Position numbers and translations under genes: made by a program. The notes below the pieces were generated by a model that made no database searches, had not been told where the DNA came from, and was given only the letters and a program-made list of their open reading frames with translations. A stretch of DNA of 64,000 nt, from the IMG/VR virus record IMGVR_UViG_2923350032_000001, positions 750-64,749 of that record, one strand, 5' to 3'. Positions 11,425 to 21,214 of this stretch are shown here, piece after piece; positions within the stretch are counted from its first letter, which is position 1; each line of letters begins with the position of its first letter. Origin of the DNA: a virus. Its lineage: Duplodnaviria; Heunggongvirae; Uroviricota; Caudoviricetes.

Positions 11425-12276
11425 TTATTGCGCGCTTTCGGGGTTGTCGTTTACTGGCTGCCCCTTCTTAGTTTTACGACTGCGCGTAACTGATGCGGCT
11501 GATTTGACCTTTTTCTCTTCGCGAGTGATGGCAATTTGTTTTTTTACATTTTCAATATCTGCCAGGCGATATATTTTTGCCTGCGGCCAGCGGTCGCAGA
11601 TGATCGGTTCTATGGAGTCATAAAGGCTAAATTTTGCTTTTTCGAATTCACCGTTGATGATAATTCCATCACGGAGAGTTTCATCGCAGATAAACACGCC
11701 ACACAGTGGCACATGGTAACTAACTGATTTACCATCATTGTAGTTAGGGCTACTGGAAATGTAGTGGACGCGCAGCATTGTTTCGCTAAAGCCGTGTACG
11801 CGCATACGGAATTTTTCATCCTCCGGGTACTGCTTCATTAGCTCTTTTGTTGCTTCCAGGTTCTCTATGTATTTCGCACTGTGCTCATTGATCCCCGCGC
11901 TTTTTTGGATGCGAATGTCCTTATCAATCAGATGAATAATGCGGCCAGCGGTCATGTTGACGCTGTTCACAGCCTCTGTCTGATAAGTTGTAACCTTACG
12001 CACACCGCGAAGGATGTTAGGCACTGGATATAAAATAGTCTTTGGGATATTGAGGTCTGGGTACTGTTCCAGTTCCCGCGCCATTAAAGTCCATTTATCA
12101 ATTTCAGCCTGAATGCTGTCAGTTTCTTTGAACGGTAGAACGACAACCGGGCGTACAGGACGACCGTCGCTGGCTGTATCAACGTGTTGGGCGCGTGCAA
12201 CAGCTTTTTTTAGAAAGAGATCCCTGAAGCTGACGAACTCCTGGTACAGTTGTTCGCCGTAGACATAATTTATCAT
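11425..12276 (-). CDS. c1: C1 repressor of lysis
   Basis: 283-aa product MINYVYGEQLYQEFVSFRDLFLKKAVARAQ... recognised as P1 C1. Confidence 0.95.
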   Translation of the reverse strand: MINYVYGEQLYQEFVSFRDLFLKKAVARAQHVDTASDGRPVRPVVVLPFKETDSIQAEIDKWTLMARELEQYPDLNIPKTILYPVPNILRGVRKVTTYQTEAVNSVNMTAGRIIHLIDKDIRIQKSAGINEHSAKYIENLEATKELMKQYPEDEKFRMRVHGFSETMLRVHYISSSPNYNDGKSVSYHVPLCGVFICDETLRDGIIINGEFEKAKFSLYDSIEPIICDRWPQAKIYRLADIENVKKQIAITREEKKVKSAASVTRSRKTKKGQPVNDNPESAQ

Positions 12277-12386
12277 TGATCCTCCTCCAGAATTGACATG
12301 GCCAATAACGCCCGGCTGAGAAAACCGGTCATTACTGACCTATATTATAGAGGGATCAAACAAAAATAATAGATTTATTAGTGCAT

Positions 12387-12596
12387 TTATTGTGAGTCTA
12401 ACTGGTTAGTTGCCATGAGATATTCGATTGTGTCAGTGAGGTCATCCAGGTCGTCTTGGGTGATGCGGTACTCCTGATTGGATATCTTTGAGTAGTGTTC
12501 AGCAATGGCGCGGGCAGCGTCGGTTTCGGCAGGGTCTACAGATAAAGCGTTAGAGCAATGTCTAACGTCGTCGATGGTTGGTTGAATGAAAGCCAT
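12387..12596 (-). CDS. coi: Coi (C1 inactivator)
   Basis: 69-aa ORF immediately upstream of c1 on the same strand. Confidence 0.8.
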   Translation of the reverse strand: MAFIQPTIDDVRHCSNALSVDPAETDAARAIAEHYSKISNQEYRITQDDLDDLTDTIEYLMATNQLDSQ

Positions 12597-12835
12597 AATT
12601 ATGCCTCACTGTATTGACAACACAGAGCCTGAAGCTCTGACCTACTGTTTCACCCATGATCCATGCTGGGGTAATCTAACAACATTGCGCTGTGTGTAAG
12701 ATGAGCAATGCATAGCTGTAATGCCGTTGTATAAGGTTTCCCTGTTTGCTCATTTCCTTCTGAGCCGCTCTACAACGCTGAAGACACATTAAATAGTGAA
12801 TCCAAAGTCGTATTACGTAACGGCGGCAAAACTAT

Positions 12836-12851
12836 AATTTATTAGAGCAAT
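12836..12851 (-). promoter_or_regulatory. C1 operator (inverted orientation)
   Basis: AATTTATTAGAGCAAT is the reverse complement of the consensus. Confidence 0.65.
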
Positions 12852-12917
12852 TGTCAAACAACTATGAAAAACAATCCAGTTTTTGGTTGGTGGAGTGGGA
12901 TTTTTCTCTCAAAATTT

Positions 12918-12934
12918 ATTGCTCTAATAATTCT
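12918..12934 (+). promoter_or_regulatory. C1 operator (ATTGCTCTAATAATTCT)
   Basis: consensus match; forms a divergent pair with 12836-12851 upstream of coi/c1. Confidence 0.65.
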
Positions 12935-12977
12935 TGATTTTTATGCGCAGCTGGACGTAAACTCCTCTTCAGACCTA

Positions 12978-13011
12978 ATAACTTCGTATAGCATACATTA
13001 TACGAAGTTAT
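12978..13011. other. loxP site (ATAACTTCGTATA-GCATACAT-TATACGAAGTTAT)
   Basis: exact 34-bp loxP sequence read in the window. Confidence 0.97.
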
Positions 13012-13429
13012 CTTAAGGGTTATTGAACATGATCAATTTACCTGTAAATCCATACAGTTCAATACCTTATCAGGTCAAATAGTGATCACTTGATCATTTG
13101 ATCAAGGTTGCGCTACGTAAAATCTGCGAAATGTTGGCAGTGTTAGTGCTCCAGATTTTGCGTAGCGCACTTAGCACCACCAATCAATCAGAGGTGAAAA
13201 ATGGGATATTCAGCTGCTAAAGTGTCCACTCATATTGAGCTTGAGAAAAACCGTGGTTACTGGCGGGCAAAAGGGTTTGATCGTGATAGTTGTCAACTGT
13301 CATTATCGCGCGGTGAAGAGAAAATAGAGCGCACGCGCGGTCGCTGGCGTTTCTATGACGAGAACCATAAACAGGTAAAGGCAGAGCCGATCCTGTACAC
13401 TTTACTTAAAACCATTATCTGAGTGTTAA

Positions 13430-14461
13430 ATGTCCAATTTACTGACCGTACACCAAAATTTGCCTGCATTACCGGTCGATGCAACGAGTGATGAGGTTCG
13501 CAAGAACCTGATGGACATGTTCAGGGATCGCCAGGCGTTTTCTGAGCATACCTGGAAAATGCTTCTGTCCGTTTGCCGGTCGTGGGCGGCATGGTGCAAG
13601 TTGAATAACCGGAAATGGTTTCCCGCAGAACCTGAAGATGTTCGCGATTATCTTCTATATCTTCAGGCGCGCGGTCTGGCAGTAAAAACTATCCAGCAAC
13701 ATTTGGGCCAGCTAAACATGCTTCATCGTCGGTCCGGGCTGCCACGACCAAGTGACAGTAATGCTGTTTCACTGGTCATGCGACGGATCCGAAAAGAAAA
13801 CGTTGATGCCGGTGAACGTGCAAAACAGGCTCTAGCGTTCGAACGCACTGATTTCGACCAGGTTCGTTCACTCATGGAAAATAGCGATCGCTGCCAGGAT
13901 ATACGTAATCTGGCATTTCTGGGGATTGCTTATAACACCCTGTTACGTATAGCCGAAATTACCAGGATCAGGGTTAAAGATATCTCACGTACTGACGGTG
14001 GGAGAATGTTAATTCATATTGGCAGAACGAAAACGCTGGTTAGCACCGCAGGTGTAGAGAAGGCACTTAGCCTGGGGGTAACTAAACTGGTCGAGCGATG
14101 GATTTCCGTCTCTGGTGTAGCTGATGATCCGAATAACTACCTGTTTTGCCGGGTCAGAAAAAATGGTGTTGCCGCGCCATCTGCCACCAGCCAGCTATCA
14201 ACTCGCGCCCTGGAAGGGATTTTTGAAGCAACTCATCGATTGATTTACGGCGCTAAGGATGACTCTGGTCAGAGATACCTGGCCTGGTCTGGACACAGTG
14301 CCCGTGTCGGAGCCGCGCGAGATATGGCCCGCGCCGGAGTTTCAATACCGGAGATCATGCAAGCTGGTGGCTGGACCAACGTAAATATTGTCATGAACTA
14401 TATCCGTAACCTGGATAGTGAAACAGGGGCAATGGTGCGCCTGCTGGAAGATGGCGATTAG
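13430..14461 (+). CDS. cre: Cre tyrosine recombinase
   Basis: 343-aa product MSNLLTVHQNLPALPVDATSDEVRKNLMDMFRDRQAFSEHTWKMLLSVCRSWAAWCKLNN... Confidence 0.97.
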   Translation: MSNLLTVHQNLPALPVDATSDEVRKNLMDMFRDRQAFSEHTWKMLLSVCRSWAAWCKLNNRKWFPAEPEDVRDYLLYLQARGLAVKTIQQHLGQLNMLHRRSGLPRPSDSNAVSLVMRRIRKENVDAGERAKQALAFERTDFDQVRSLMENSDRCQDIRNLAFLGIAYNTLLRIAEITRIRVKDISRTDGGRMLIHIGRTKTLVSTAGVEKALSLGVTKLVERWISVSGVADDPNNYLFCRVRKNGVAAPSATSQLSTRALEGIFEATHRLIYGAKDDSGQRYLAWSGHSARVGAARDMARAGVSIPEIMQAGGWTNVNIVMNYIRNLDSETGAMVRLLEDGD

Positions 14462-14477
14462 CCATTAACGCGTAAAT

Positions 14478-14494
14478 GATTGCTCTAATTCTTT
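14478..14494 (+). promoter_or_regulatory. C1 operator-like site upstream of cra
   Basis: ATTGCTCTAATtcTTTg. Confidence 0.5.
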
Positions 14495-14511
14495 GATATT
14501 TATGGTGACAT

Positions 14512-14823
14512 ATGAGAAAGGATTTCAACATCGACGGAAAATATGTAGTGCTGTCTGTAAGCACTAATATTCAGTCGCCAGCCGTCATTGTCACTGTAAA
14601 GCTGAGCGATAGAATGCCTGATATTGATTCAATATCCATTGCGTTCCCTGTCAAAAGTATGCGTGGTGCTGAACATTTCGTGATGAATGCCACCGAGGAA
14701 GAAGCACGGCGCGGTTTTGCTAAAGTGATGTCTGAGTTTGGCGAATTTTTGGGGCACGTTGACAAAGCCCTTTCAATCAGTTCAGCAAGATCCAAAGCGT
14801 TAACAGCTTCCATGATGAAATAA
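14512..14823 (+). CDS. cra: Cra (cre-associated function)
   Basis: 103-aa ORF immediately downstream of cre, as in P1. Confidence 0.75.
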   Translation: MRKDFNIDGKYVVLSVSTNIQSPAVIVTVKLSDRMPDIDSISIAFPVKSMRGAEHFVMNATEEEARRGFAKVMSEFGEFLGHVDKALSISSARSKALTASMMK

Positions 14824-14848
14824 AAAAAAGCCTGGCAAGGAGCCAGGC
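14822..14848 (-). terminator. hairpin GCCTGGC-aagga-GCCAGGC with U-tract on the minus strand
   Basis: 7-bp perfect stem flanked by an A8 run on the plus strand; canonical for minus-strand transcripts, weak for plus. Confidence 0.5.
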
Positions 14849-14955
14849 TGCACAAAAGAGCGGGTTTGTATTCCGCATCCAATCAATCAAGAAGGAGTAT
14901 AGCACACAGGTACTGAAGTGAAAAAATGTGATTCGCGATAAACAAAATATCTACC

Positions 14956-14972
14956 ATTGCTCTAATTGATTG
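14956..14972 (+). promoter_or_regulatory. C1 operator upstream of ref followed by a TATAAT -10
   Basis: ATTGCTCTAATtgATTg then TATAAT at about 14974. Confidence 0.6.
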
Positions 14973-15039
14973 TTATAATTGAGCCGCAGTTTTTGTCAAC
15001 TACGAAGACGTTGCCATTACTTCACTCCTTGACATCATT

Positions 15040-15065
15040 GGCGGCCATTAGGCCGCCTTTTTTTT
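15040..15065 (+). terminator. terminator/attenuator-like hairpin GGCGGCC-atta-GGCCGCC + T8 just upstream of ref ATG
   Basis: perfect 7-bp GC stem followed by TTTTTTTT, 7 nt before the ref start codon. Confidence 0.45.
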
Positions 15066-15071
15066 GACCAT

Positions 15072-15647
15072 ATGAAAACAATCGAACAAAAAATTGAACA
15101 GTGCCGCAAGTGGCAGAAGGCAGCCAGAGAACGAGCGATCGCTCGGCAACGGGAGAAGTTGGCTGATCCGGTCTGGCGAGAATCTCAATATCAGAAAATG
15201 CGGGATACTATCGACCGCCGTATCGCTAAACAGAAAGAGCGCCCACCAGCCAGCAAAACGCGGAAAAGTGCGGTAAAAATAAAATCTCGTGGCTTGAAGG
15301 GACGAACACCGACGGCAGAGGAACGGCACATAGCCAATGCTCTTGGCGCTCTCCCCTGCATTGCGTGCTATATGCATGGAGTAATATCTGAAGAGGTGTC
15401 TCTGCACCATATTTCCGGTCGTACCGCGCCTGGTTGTCACAAAAAGCAATTGCCACTTTGTAGATGGCACCACCAGCATGCAGCACCGGCTGAAGTAAGA
15501 GCAAAATACCCCTGGCTGGTCCCTGTTCATGCCGATGGTGTGGTTGGAGGCAAGAAAGAATTCACCCTGCTGAACAAGTCAGAGATGGAGTTACTGGCTG
15601 ACGCCTATGAGGGGTCGTCTCAGAAAACGGAAAATAAAGCACGCTAA
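15072..15647 (+). CDS. ref: Ref (recombination enhancement function, HNH-type); last 11 codons supplied by the transposon inverted repeat
   Basis: 191-aa ORF matching P1 Ref through ...ELLADAYE; the Tn21-type IR starts at 15611 inside the ORF. Confidence 0.85.
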   Translation: MKTIEQKIEQCRKWQKAARERAIARQREKLADPVWRESQYQKMRDTIDRRIAKQKERPPASKTRKSAVKIKSRGLKGRTPTAEERHIANALGALPCIACYMHGVISEEVSLHHISGRTAPGCHKKQLPLCRWHHQHAAPAEVRAKYPWLVPVHADGVVGGKKEFTLLNKSEMELLADAYEGSSQKTENKAR

Positions 15648-18610
15648 GCCGGTTGCAGAGGCCGTAGCGGCCTGAACTTCCCCGCGCCGATCTTGGCGCT
15701 GCTGCGCCATAGGTAATCACCGGTCAGGTTGATGTGCTCCCAGCCGAGTGGCGACAGGTACTGCAATAGCGAGTCATCGACGGCATGACCATTGCCGCGC
15801 AACGCATGCGCCGCACGCTCCAGGTAGACCGTGTTCCACAGCACGATGGCCGCCGTCACCAGGTTGAGGCCGCTGGCCCGGTAGCGCTGCTGCTCGAAAC
15901 TGCGGTCACGGATTTCACCAAGGCGGTTGAAGAACACGGCACGGGCCAGCGCATTGCGCGCCTCGCCCTTGTTCAGCCCGGCATGCACGCGGCGGCGTAG
16001 CTCGACGCTTTGCAGCCAGTCGAGGATGAACAGCGTGCGCTCGATGCGGCCCAACTCGCGCAGCGCGACGGCCAAGCCGTTCTGGCGCGGGTAGCTGCCG
16101 AGTTTCCTGAGCATCAGCGAGGCCGTCACCGTGCCCTGCTTGATCGAGGTGGCCAGCCGCAGGATTTCGTCCCAATGGGCGCGGACGTGCTTGATGTTGA
16201 GCGTGCCGCCGATCATCGGCTTGAGCGCGTCATAGGCGGCATCGCCCTTCGGGATGTAGAGCTTGGTGTCGCCCAGGTCGCGGATGCGCGGCGCGAAGCG
16301 GAAGCCCAAGAGGTGCATCAGGGCGAAGACGTGATCGGTGAAGCCCGCCGTGTCGGTGTAGTGCTCCTCGATCCGCAGGTCGGATTCGTGGTACAGCAGG
16401 CCGTCGAGCACGTAGGTTGAGTCGCGCAGGCCGACATTGACCACCTTGGTGTGGAATGGCGCGTATTGGTCGGAGATGTGGGTGTAGAAAGTCCGTCCTG
16501 GGCTGCTGCCATATTTTGGGTTGATGTGCCCCGTGCTCTTTGCCTTGCTAGCGGTTCGGAAATTCTGTCCGTCCGATGATGATGTGGTGCCATCGCCCCA
16601 GTGCCCGGCAAAGGGATGCCGAAACTGAGCGTTGACCAGTTCAGCCAACGCTGTCGAGTACGTTTCGTCGCGGGTATGCCAGGCTTGCAGCCAAGCGAGC
16701 TTCGCGTAGGTCGTGCCGGGGCAGGACTCGGCCATCTTGGTCAGGCCCAGGTTGATCGCGTCGGCCAGGATCGTGGTCAACAACAGGTTCTTGTCCTTGG
16801 CCAGATCGCCCGATTTCAAGTGCGTGAAGTGCCGGGTGAAGCCCGTCCACTCATCGACTTCGAGCAGCAGTTCGGTGATCTTGACGTGCGGCAGGACCAT
16901 GGCTGTCTGGTCTATCAGCGCCTGCGCGGTGTCGGGCACCGCCGCATCCAGCGGCGTGATCTTCAAGCCCGACTCGGTGATGATGGCATCCGGCAGGTCG
17001 TTGGCTGCCGCCATGCGGTTGACGGTGGCAAGTTGTGCTTCCAGCAGCGTCAGCCGCTCATGCAGATATTGTTCGCAGTCGGTGGCCACGGCCAGCGGCA
17101 ATTCGCTGGACTGCTTGAGGCTGGTGAACTTCTCGGGCGGTACCAGGTAGTCCTCGAAGTCCTTGAACTGGCGTGAACCCTGCACCCAGATGTCGCCCGA
17201 GCGCAGGGAGTTCTTCAACTCGGACAGCGCGCACAGTTCGTAGTAGCGCCGGTCGATGCCGGCGTCGGTCATCACCAGTTTCTGCCAGCGCGGCTTGATG
17301 AAGCCGGTCGGTGCATCGGCTGGCAGCTTGCGGGCGTTGTCGGTGTTCATGCCGCGCAGCACCTCAATGGCATCAAGCACGTTTTTGGCGGCGGGCGCGG
17401 CCCGCAGCTTGAGCACGGCAAGGAATTCCGGTGCATAGCGGCGCAGGGTGGCGTAGCTCTCGCCGATGCGATGCAGGAAATCGAAGTCATCGGGTTGCGC
17501 GAGCTTCTGCGCCTCGGTGACGCTCTCGGCAAAGGAATCCCAGGACATGACGGCCTCGATGGCGGCAAACGCATCGCGGCCTGATTGCTTGGCGTCGATC
17601 AGCGCCTGACCGATGCGCCCGTACAGACGTACCTTGGCGTTGATGGCCTTGCCTGACGCCTGGAACTGCTGCTGATGCTTATTCTTGGCAGCGTTAAACA
17701 GCTTACCCAGGATGCGGTCGTGCAGGTCGATGATTTCGTCGGTGACGGTGGCCATGCCCTCGGTGGCCAGCGCCACGAGAGTGGCGTAGCGCCGTTGCGG
17801 CTCGAATTTGGCCAGGTCGGCGGGTGTCATCTGGCCGCCCTCGCGGGCAATCTTGAGCAGGCGGTTCTGGTGAACCAGCCGCTCGATGCCGGTAGGCAGA
17901 TCGAGTGCCTGCCATGCCTTGAGGCGTTCGATGTGTTCCAGCATATGCCGCGAATTTGGCTTGGCCGGAGACTGGCGCAACCAAGCCAACCAGGTCGTCT
18001 TGCCGTTGTCCCGGCGCTTGAGCAGATCGTCGAGGCGGCGGCGATGCGCGTCCGCCAGTGGTTCGGCCAAGGCGTCGTAGATGCGCCGGTTAGCACGGGT
18101 GATCGCCTCTGCACTCGCCCGCTCGACGGCGTTGAGGGCGGGCAGAATGACCGACTGCCGCCGCAGGTGCCCGATCAAGGCGCTGGCCAGCACGATGCCT
18201 TTGTCGGTTTGCATCGCCAGCTCGGTCAGCATCTGGACGGCCTGCCGGTAATGGCTCATGGTGAAGGGCCGGAAACCGAACACGGTTTGCAGCTCGCTCA
18301 GGTGCTCGCGCCGGGTCTGCTCCCGCTGGCCGTACTCGTTCCAGCTTTCGACGCCGACCTTGAGCTGGTCGGCGACCAGCTTCAACAAGGGCGGGAACGG
18401 TAGTTCATCGACGCCCAGGATGACGCCGGGAAAGCGCAGGTAACAGAGCTGCACCGCGAAGCCCAGCCGATTGGCTGGCCCGCGCCGCTGTCGGATGATC
18501 GAGAGGTCGGTATCGTTGAATGTGTAATGTCGGATCAGGTCGTCCTTGGAGTCCGGCAACGCCAGCAGGCTTTCCCGCTCGGCGGCGGACAGGATGGAAC
18601 GACGTGGCAT
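15644..18610 (-). CDS. tnpA: Tn3-family transposase TnpA (Tn21 type)
   Basis: 988-aa [42 protein letters not shown]... Confidence 0.95.
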   Translation of the reverse strand: MPRRSILSAAERESLLALPDSKDDLIRHYTFNDTDLSIIRQRRGPANRLGFAVQLCYLRFPGVILGVDELPFPPLLKLVADQLKVGVESWNEYGQREQTRREHLSELQTVFGFRPFTMSHYRQAVQMLTELAMQTDKGIVLASALIGHLRRQSVILPALNAVERASAEAITRANRRIYDALAEPLADAHRRRLDDLLKRRDNGKTTWLAWLRQSPAKPNSRHMLEHIERLKAWQALDLPTGIERLVHQNRLLKIAREGGQMTPADLAKFEPQRRYATLVALATEGMATVTDEIIDLHDRILGKLFNAAKNKHQQQFQASGKAINAKVRLYGRIGQALIDAKQSGRDAFAAIEAVMSWDSFAESVTEAQKLAQPDDFDFLHRIGESYATLRRYAPEFLAVLKLRAAPAAKNVLDAIEVLRGMNTDNARKLPADAPTGFIKPRWQKLVMTDAGIDRRYYELCALSELKNSLRSGDIWVQGSRQFKDFEDYLVPPEKFTSLKQSSELPLAVATDCEQYLHERLTLLEAQLATVNRMAAANDLPDAIITESGLKITPLDAAVPDTAQALIDQTAMVLPHVKITELLLEVDEWTGFTRHFTHLKSGDLAKDKNLLLTTILADAINLGLTKMAESCPGTTYAKLAWLQAWHTRDETYSTALAELVNAQFRHPFAGHWGDGTTSSSDGQNFRTASKAKSTGHINPKYGSSPGRTFYTHISDQYAPFHTKVVNVGLRDSTYVLDGLLYHESDLRIEEHYTDTAGFTDHVFALMHLLGFRFAPRIRDLGDTKLYIPKGDAAYDALKPMIGGTLNIKHVRAHWDEILRLATSIKQGTVTASLMLRKLGSYPRQNGLAVALRELGRIERTLFILDWLQSVELRRRVHAGLNKGEARNALARAVFFNRLGEIRDRSFEQQRYRASGLNLVTAAIVLWNTVYLERAAHALRGNGHAVDDSLLQYLSPLGWEHINLTGDYLWRSSAKIGAGKFRPLRPLQPA

Positions 18611-18612
18611 AT

Positions 18613-19173
18613 TTACTGATCCGTTCTCAAGTATTGATACAGGGTTTCGCGACTGATTCCGAATTCACGAGCAAGCTTGGTCTTTTGCTCGCCAGCCTCG
18701 ATACGTTGGCGCAGTTCGGCAATACGCTCAGACGACAGGGATTTCTTCCTGCCACGGTAAGCCCCGCGTTGCTTGGCGAGCGCAATACCCTCGCGCTGAC
18801 GCTCGCGGATCAGGGCGCGCTCGAACTCGGCGAACGCGCCCATCACCGAGAGCATCAGGTTCGCCATCGGAGAGTCTTCGCCAGTAAAACTGAGGTGTTC
18901 CTTGACGAATTCGATATGCACGCCGCGTTGTGTCAGCGTTTGCACGATCCGGCGCAAATCATCGAGATTGCGCGCCAGGCGATCCATGCTATGCACCACC
19001 ACGGTGTCGCCGGTGCGGGCGAAGCTTATCAGCGCTTCCAGTTGCGGACGCTTGACATCCTTGCCGGATGCCTTGTCGCTAAAAGCGCGATCAACCTTGA
19101 CGCCTTCCAGTTGCCGTTCCGGGTTCTGGTCGAAGGTGCTGACCCTGATATACCCAATGCGCTGTCCAGTCAT
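18613..19173 (-). CDS. tnpR: serine resolvase TnpR
   Basis: 186-aa [24 protein letters not shown]... with catalytic Ser and C-terminal HTH. Confidence 0.95.
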   Translation of the reverse strand: MTGQRIGYIRVSTFDQNPERQLEGVKVDRAFSDKASGKDVKRPQLEALISFARTGDTVVVHSMDRLARNLDDLRRIVQTLTQRGVHIEFVKEHLSFTGEDSPMANLMLSVMGAFAEFERALIRERQREGIALAKQRGAYRGRKKSLSSERIAELRQRIEAGEQKTKLAREFGISRETLYQYLRTDQ

Positions 19174-19300
19174 GGAATTCCCTGCAAAATGTCAGGGAAG
19201 ACTCTATGACCTTCAACGAGATATGTCAATAAATTCAAAATTCAATCCTATCCTGACGCAATTTACACATGGCATCTGACATCAGGTTAGGGTATGCCTC
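19174..19300. other. probable res (resolution) site upstream of tnpR
   Basis: position relative to tnpR; subsites not mapped. Confidence 0.4.
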
Positions 19301-19405
19301 AACCTGACGGCGGCGAATCACAAGCGTCCGGTTTGACGCTGGTTTCGGTCGCAGTGCTGGCCCGCGCCTGGAAGCGCTGATAGCACTCCAGCCCGCAGAA
19401 ATGCT

Positions 19406-19683
19406 GGCACTGTTGCAAATAGTCGGTGGTGATAAACTTATCATCCCCTTTTGCTGATGGAGCTGCACATGAACCCATTCAAAGGCCGGCATTTTCAGCG
19501 TGACATCATTCTGTGGGCCGTACGCTGGTACTGCAAATACGGCATCAGTTACCGTGAGCTGCAGGAGATGCTGGCTGAACGCGGAGTGAATGTCGATCAC
19601 TCCACGATTTACCGCTGGGTTCAGCGTTATGCGCCTGAAATGGAAAAACGGCTGCGCTGGTACTGGCGTAACCCTTCCGATCT
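19406..19683 (+). mobile_element. partial IS26 (left IR and first 70 or so codons of tnp26), abutting a complete inverted IS26
   Basis: IR GGCACTGTTGCAAA at 19406; Tnp26 N-terminus [18 protein letters not shown]...; ends at the IR of the next copy. Confidence 0.85.
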
Positions 19684-20503
19684 GGCACTGTTGCAAAGTT
19701 AGCGATGAGGCAGCCTTTTGTCTTATTCAAAGGCCTTACATTTCAAAAACTCTGCTTACCAGGCGCATTTCGCCCAGGGGATCACCATAATAAAATGCTG
19801 AGGCCTGGCCTTTGCGTAGTGCACGCATCACCTCAATACCTTTGATGGTGGCGTAAGCCGTCTTCATGGATTTAAATCCCAGCGTGGCGTTGATTATCCG
19901 TTTCAGTTTGCCATGATCGCATTCAATCACGTTGTTCCGGTACTTAATCTGTCGGTGTTCAACGTCAGACGGGCACCGGCCTTCGCGTTTGAGCAGAGCA
20001 AGCGCGCGACCATAGGCGGGCGCTTTATCCGTGTTGATGAATCGTGGGATCTGCCACTTCTTCACGTTGTTGAGGATTTTACCCAGAAACCGGTATGCAG
20101 CTTTGCTGTTACGACGGGAGGAGAGATAAAAATCGACAGTGCGGCCCCGGCTGTCGACGGCCCGGTACAGATACGCCCAGCGGCCATTGACCTTCACGTA
20201 GGTTTCATCCATGTGCCACGGGCAAAGATCGGAAGGGTTACGCCAGTACCAGCGCAGCCGTTTTTCCATTTCAGGCGCATAACGCTGAACCCAGCGGTAA
20301 ATCGTGGAGTGATCGACATTCACTCCGCGTTCAGCCAGCATCTCCTGCAGCTCACGGTAACTGATGCCGTATTTGCAGTACCAGCGTACGGCCCACAGAA
20401 TGATGTCACGCTGAAAATGCCGGCCTTTGAATGGGTTCATGTGCAGCTCCATCAGCAAAAGGGGATGATAAGTTTATCACCACCGACTATTTGCAACAGT
20501 GCC
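19684..20503 (-). mobile_element. IS26 (complete, 820 bp)
   Basis: 14-bp terminal IRs GGCACTGTTGCAAA at 19684 and its complement ending at 20503. Confidence 0.95.
19736..20440 (-). CDS. tnpA: IS26 transposase Tnp26
   Basis: 234-aa DDE transposase [54 protein letters not shown]... Confidence 0.95.
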   Translation of the reverse strand: MNPFKGRHFQRDIILWAVRWYCKYGISYRELQEMLAERGVNVDHSTIYRWVQRYAPEMEKRLRWYWRNPSDLCPWHMDETYVKVNGRWAYLYRAVDSRGRTVDFYLSSRRNSKAAYRFLGKILNNVKKWQIPRFINTDKAPAYGRALALLKREGRCPSDVEHRQIKYRNNVIECDHGKLKRIINATLGFKSMKTAYATIKGIEVMRALRKGQASAFYYGDPLGEMRLVSRVFEM

Positions 20504-20517
20504 CCATATCAGCCCCC

Positions 20518-21108
<591 letters not shown>

Positions 21109-21214
21109 TTAACTGATTCTACGAGATGTCATTTGTCCATTGTGCCAACTGTTATTATGGATATCGTAATTCGTACGAATCGCGCTGTTACAGGATGTAT
21201 AGCAACCTTAATAA

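Larger units (their letters stand above)
15611..19405 (-). mobile_element. Tn21-subgroup (Tn3 family) transposon remnant: IR-tnpA-tnpR-res, truncated beyond res by IS26
   Basis: 38-bp IR GGGGTCGTCTCAGAAAACGGAAAATAAAGCACGCTAAG at 15611-15648; GC-rich tnpA and tnpR; abrupt junction with the IS26 IR at 19406. Confidence 0.85.

Noticed and set aside
12368-12384. Additional C1 operator between coi and c1 (ATTTATTAGTGCATTTA)
   Set aside because: Two or more mismatches to the consensus; kept only as a weak possibility
13201-13422. 73-aa ORF between loxP and cre
   Set aside because: Lies in the cre promoter/Dam-site region and spans the long inverted repeat; no RBS or conservation evident
15785-18443. 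Many GC-rich ORFs on both strands inside tnpA (for example 16601-17176, 17675-18403, 18520-19209)
   Set aside because: Typical spurious long ORFs in high-GC DNA; the 988-aa transposase frame explains the region
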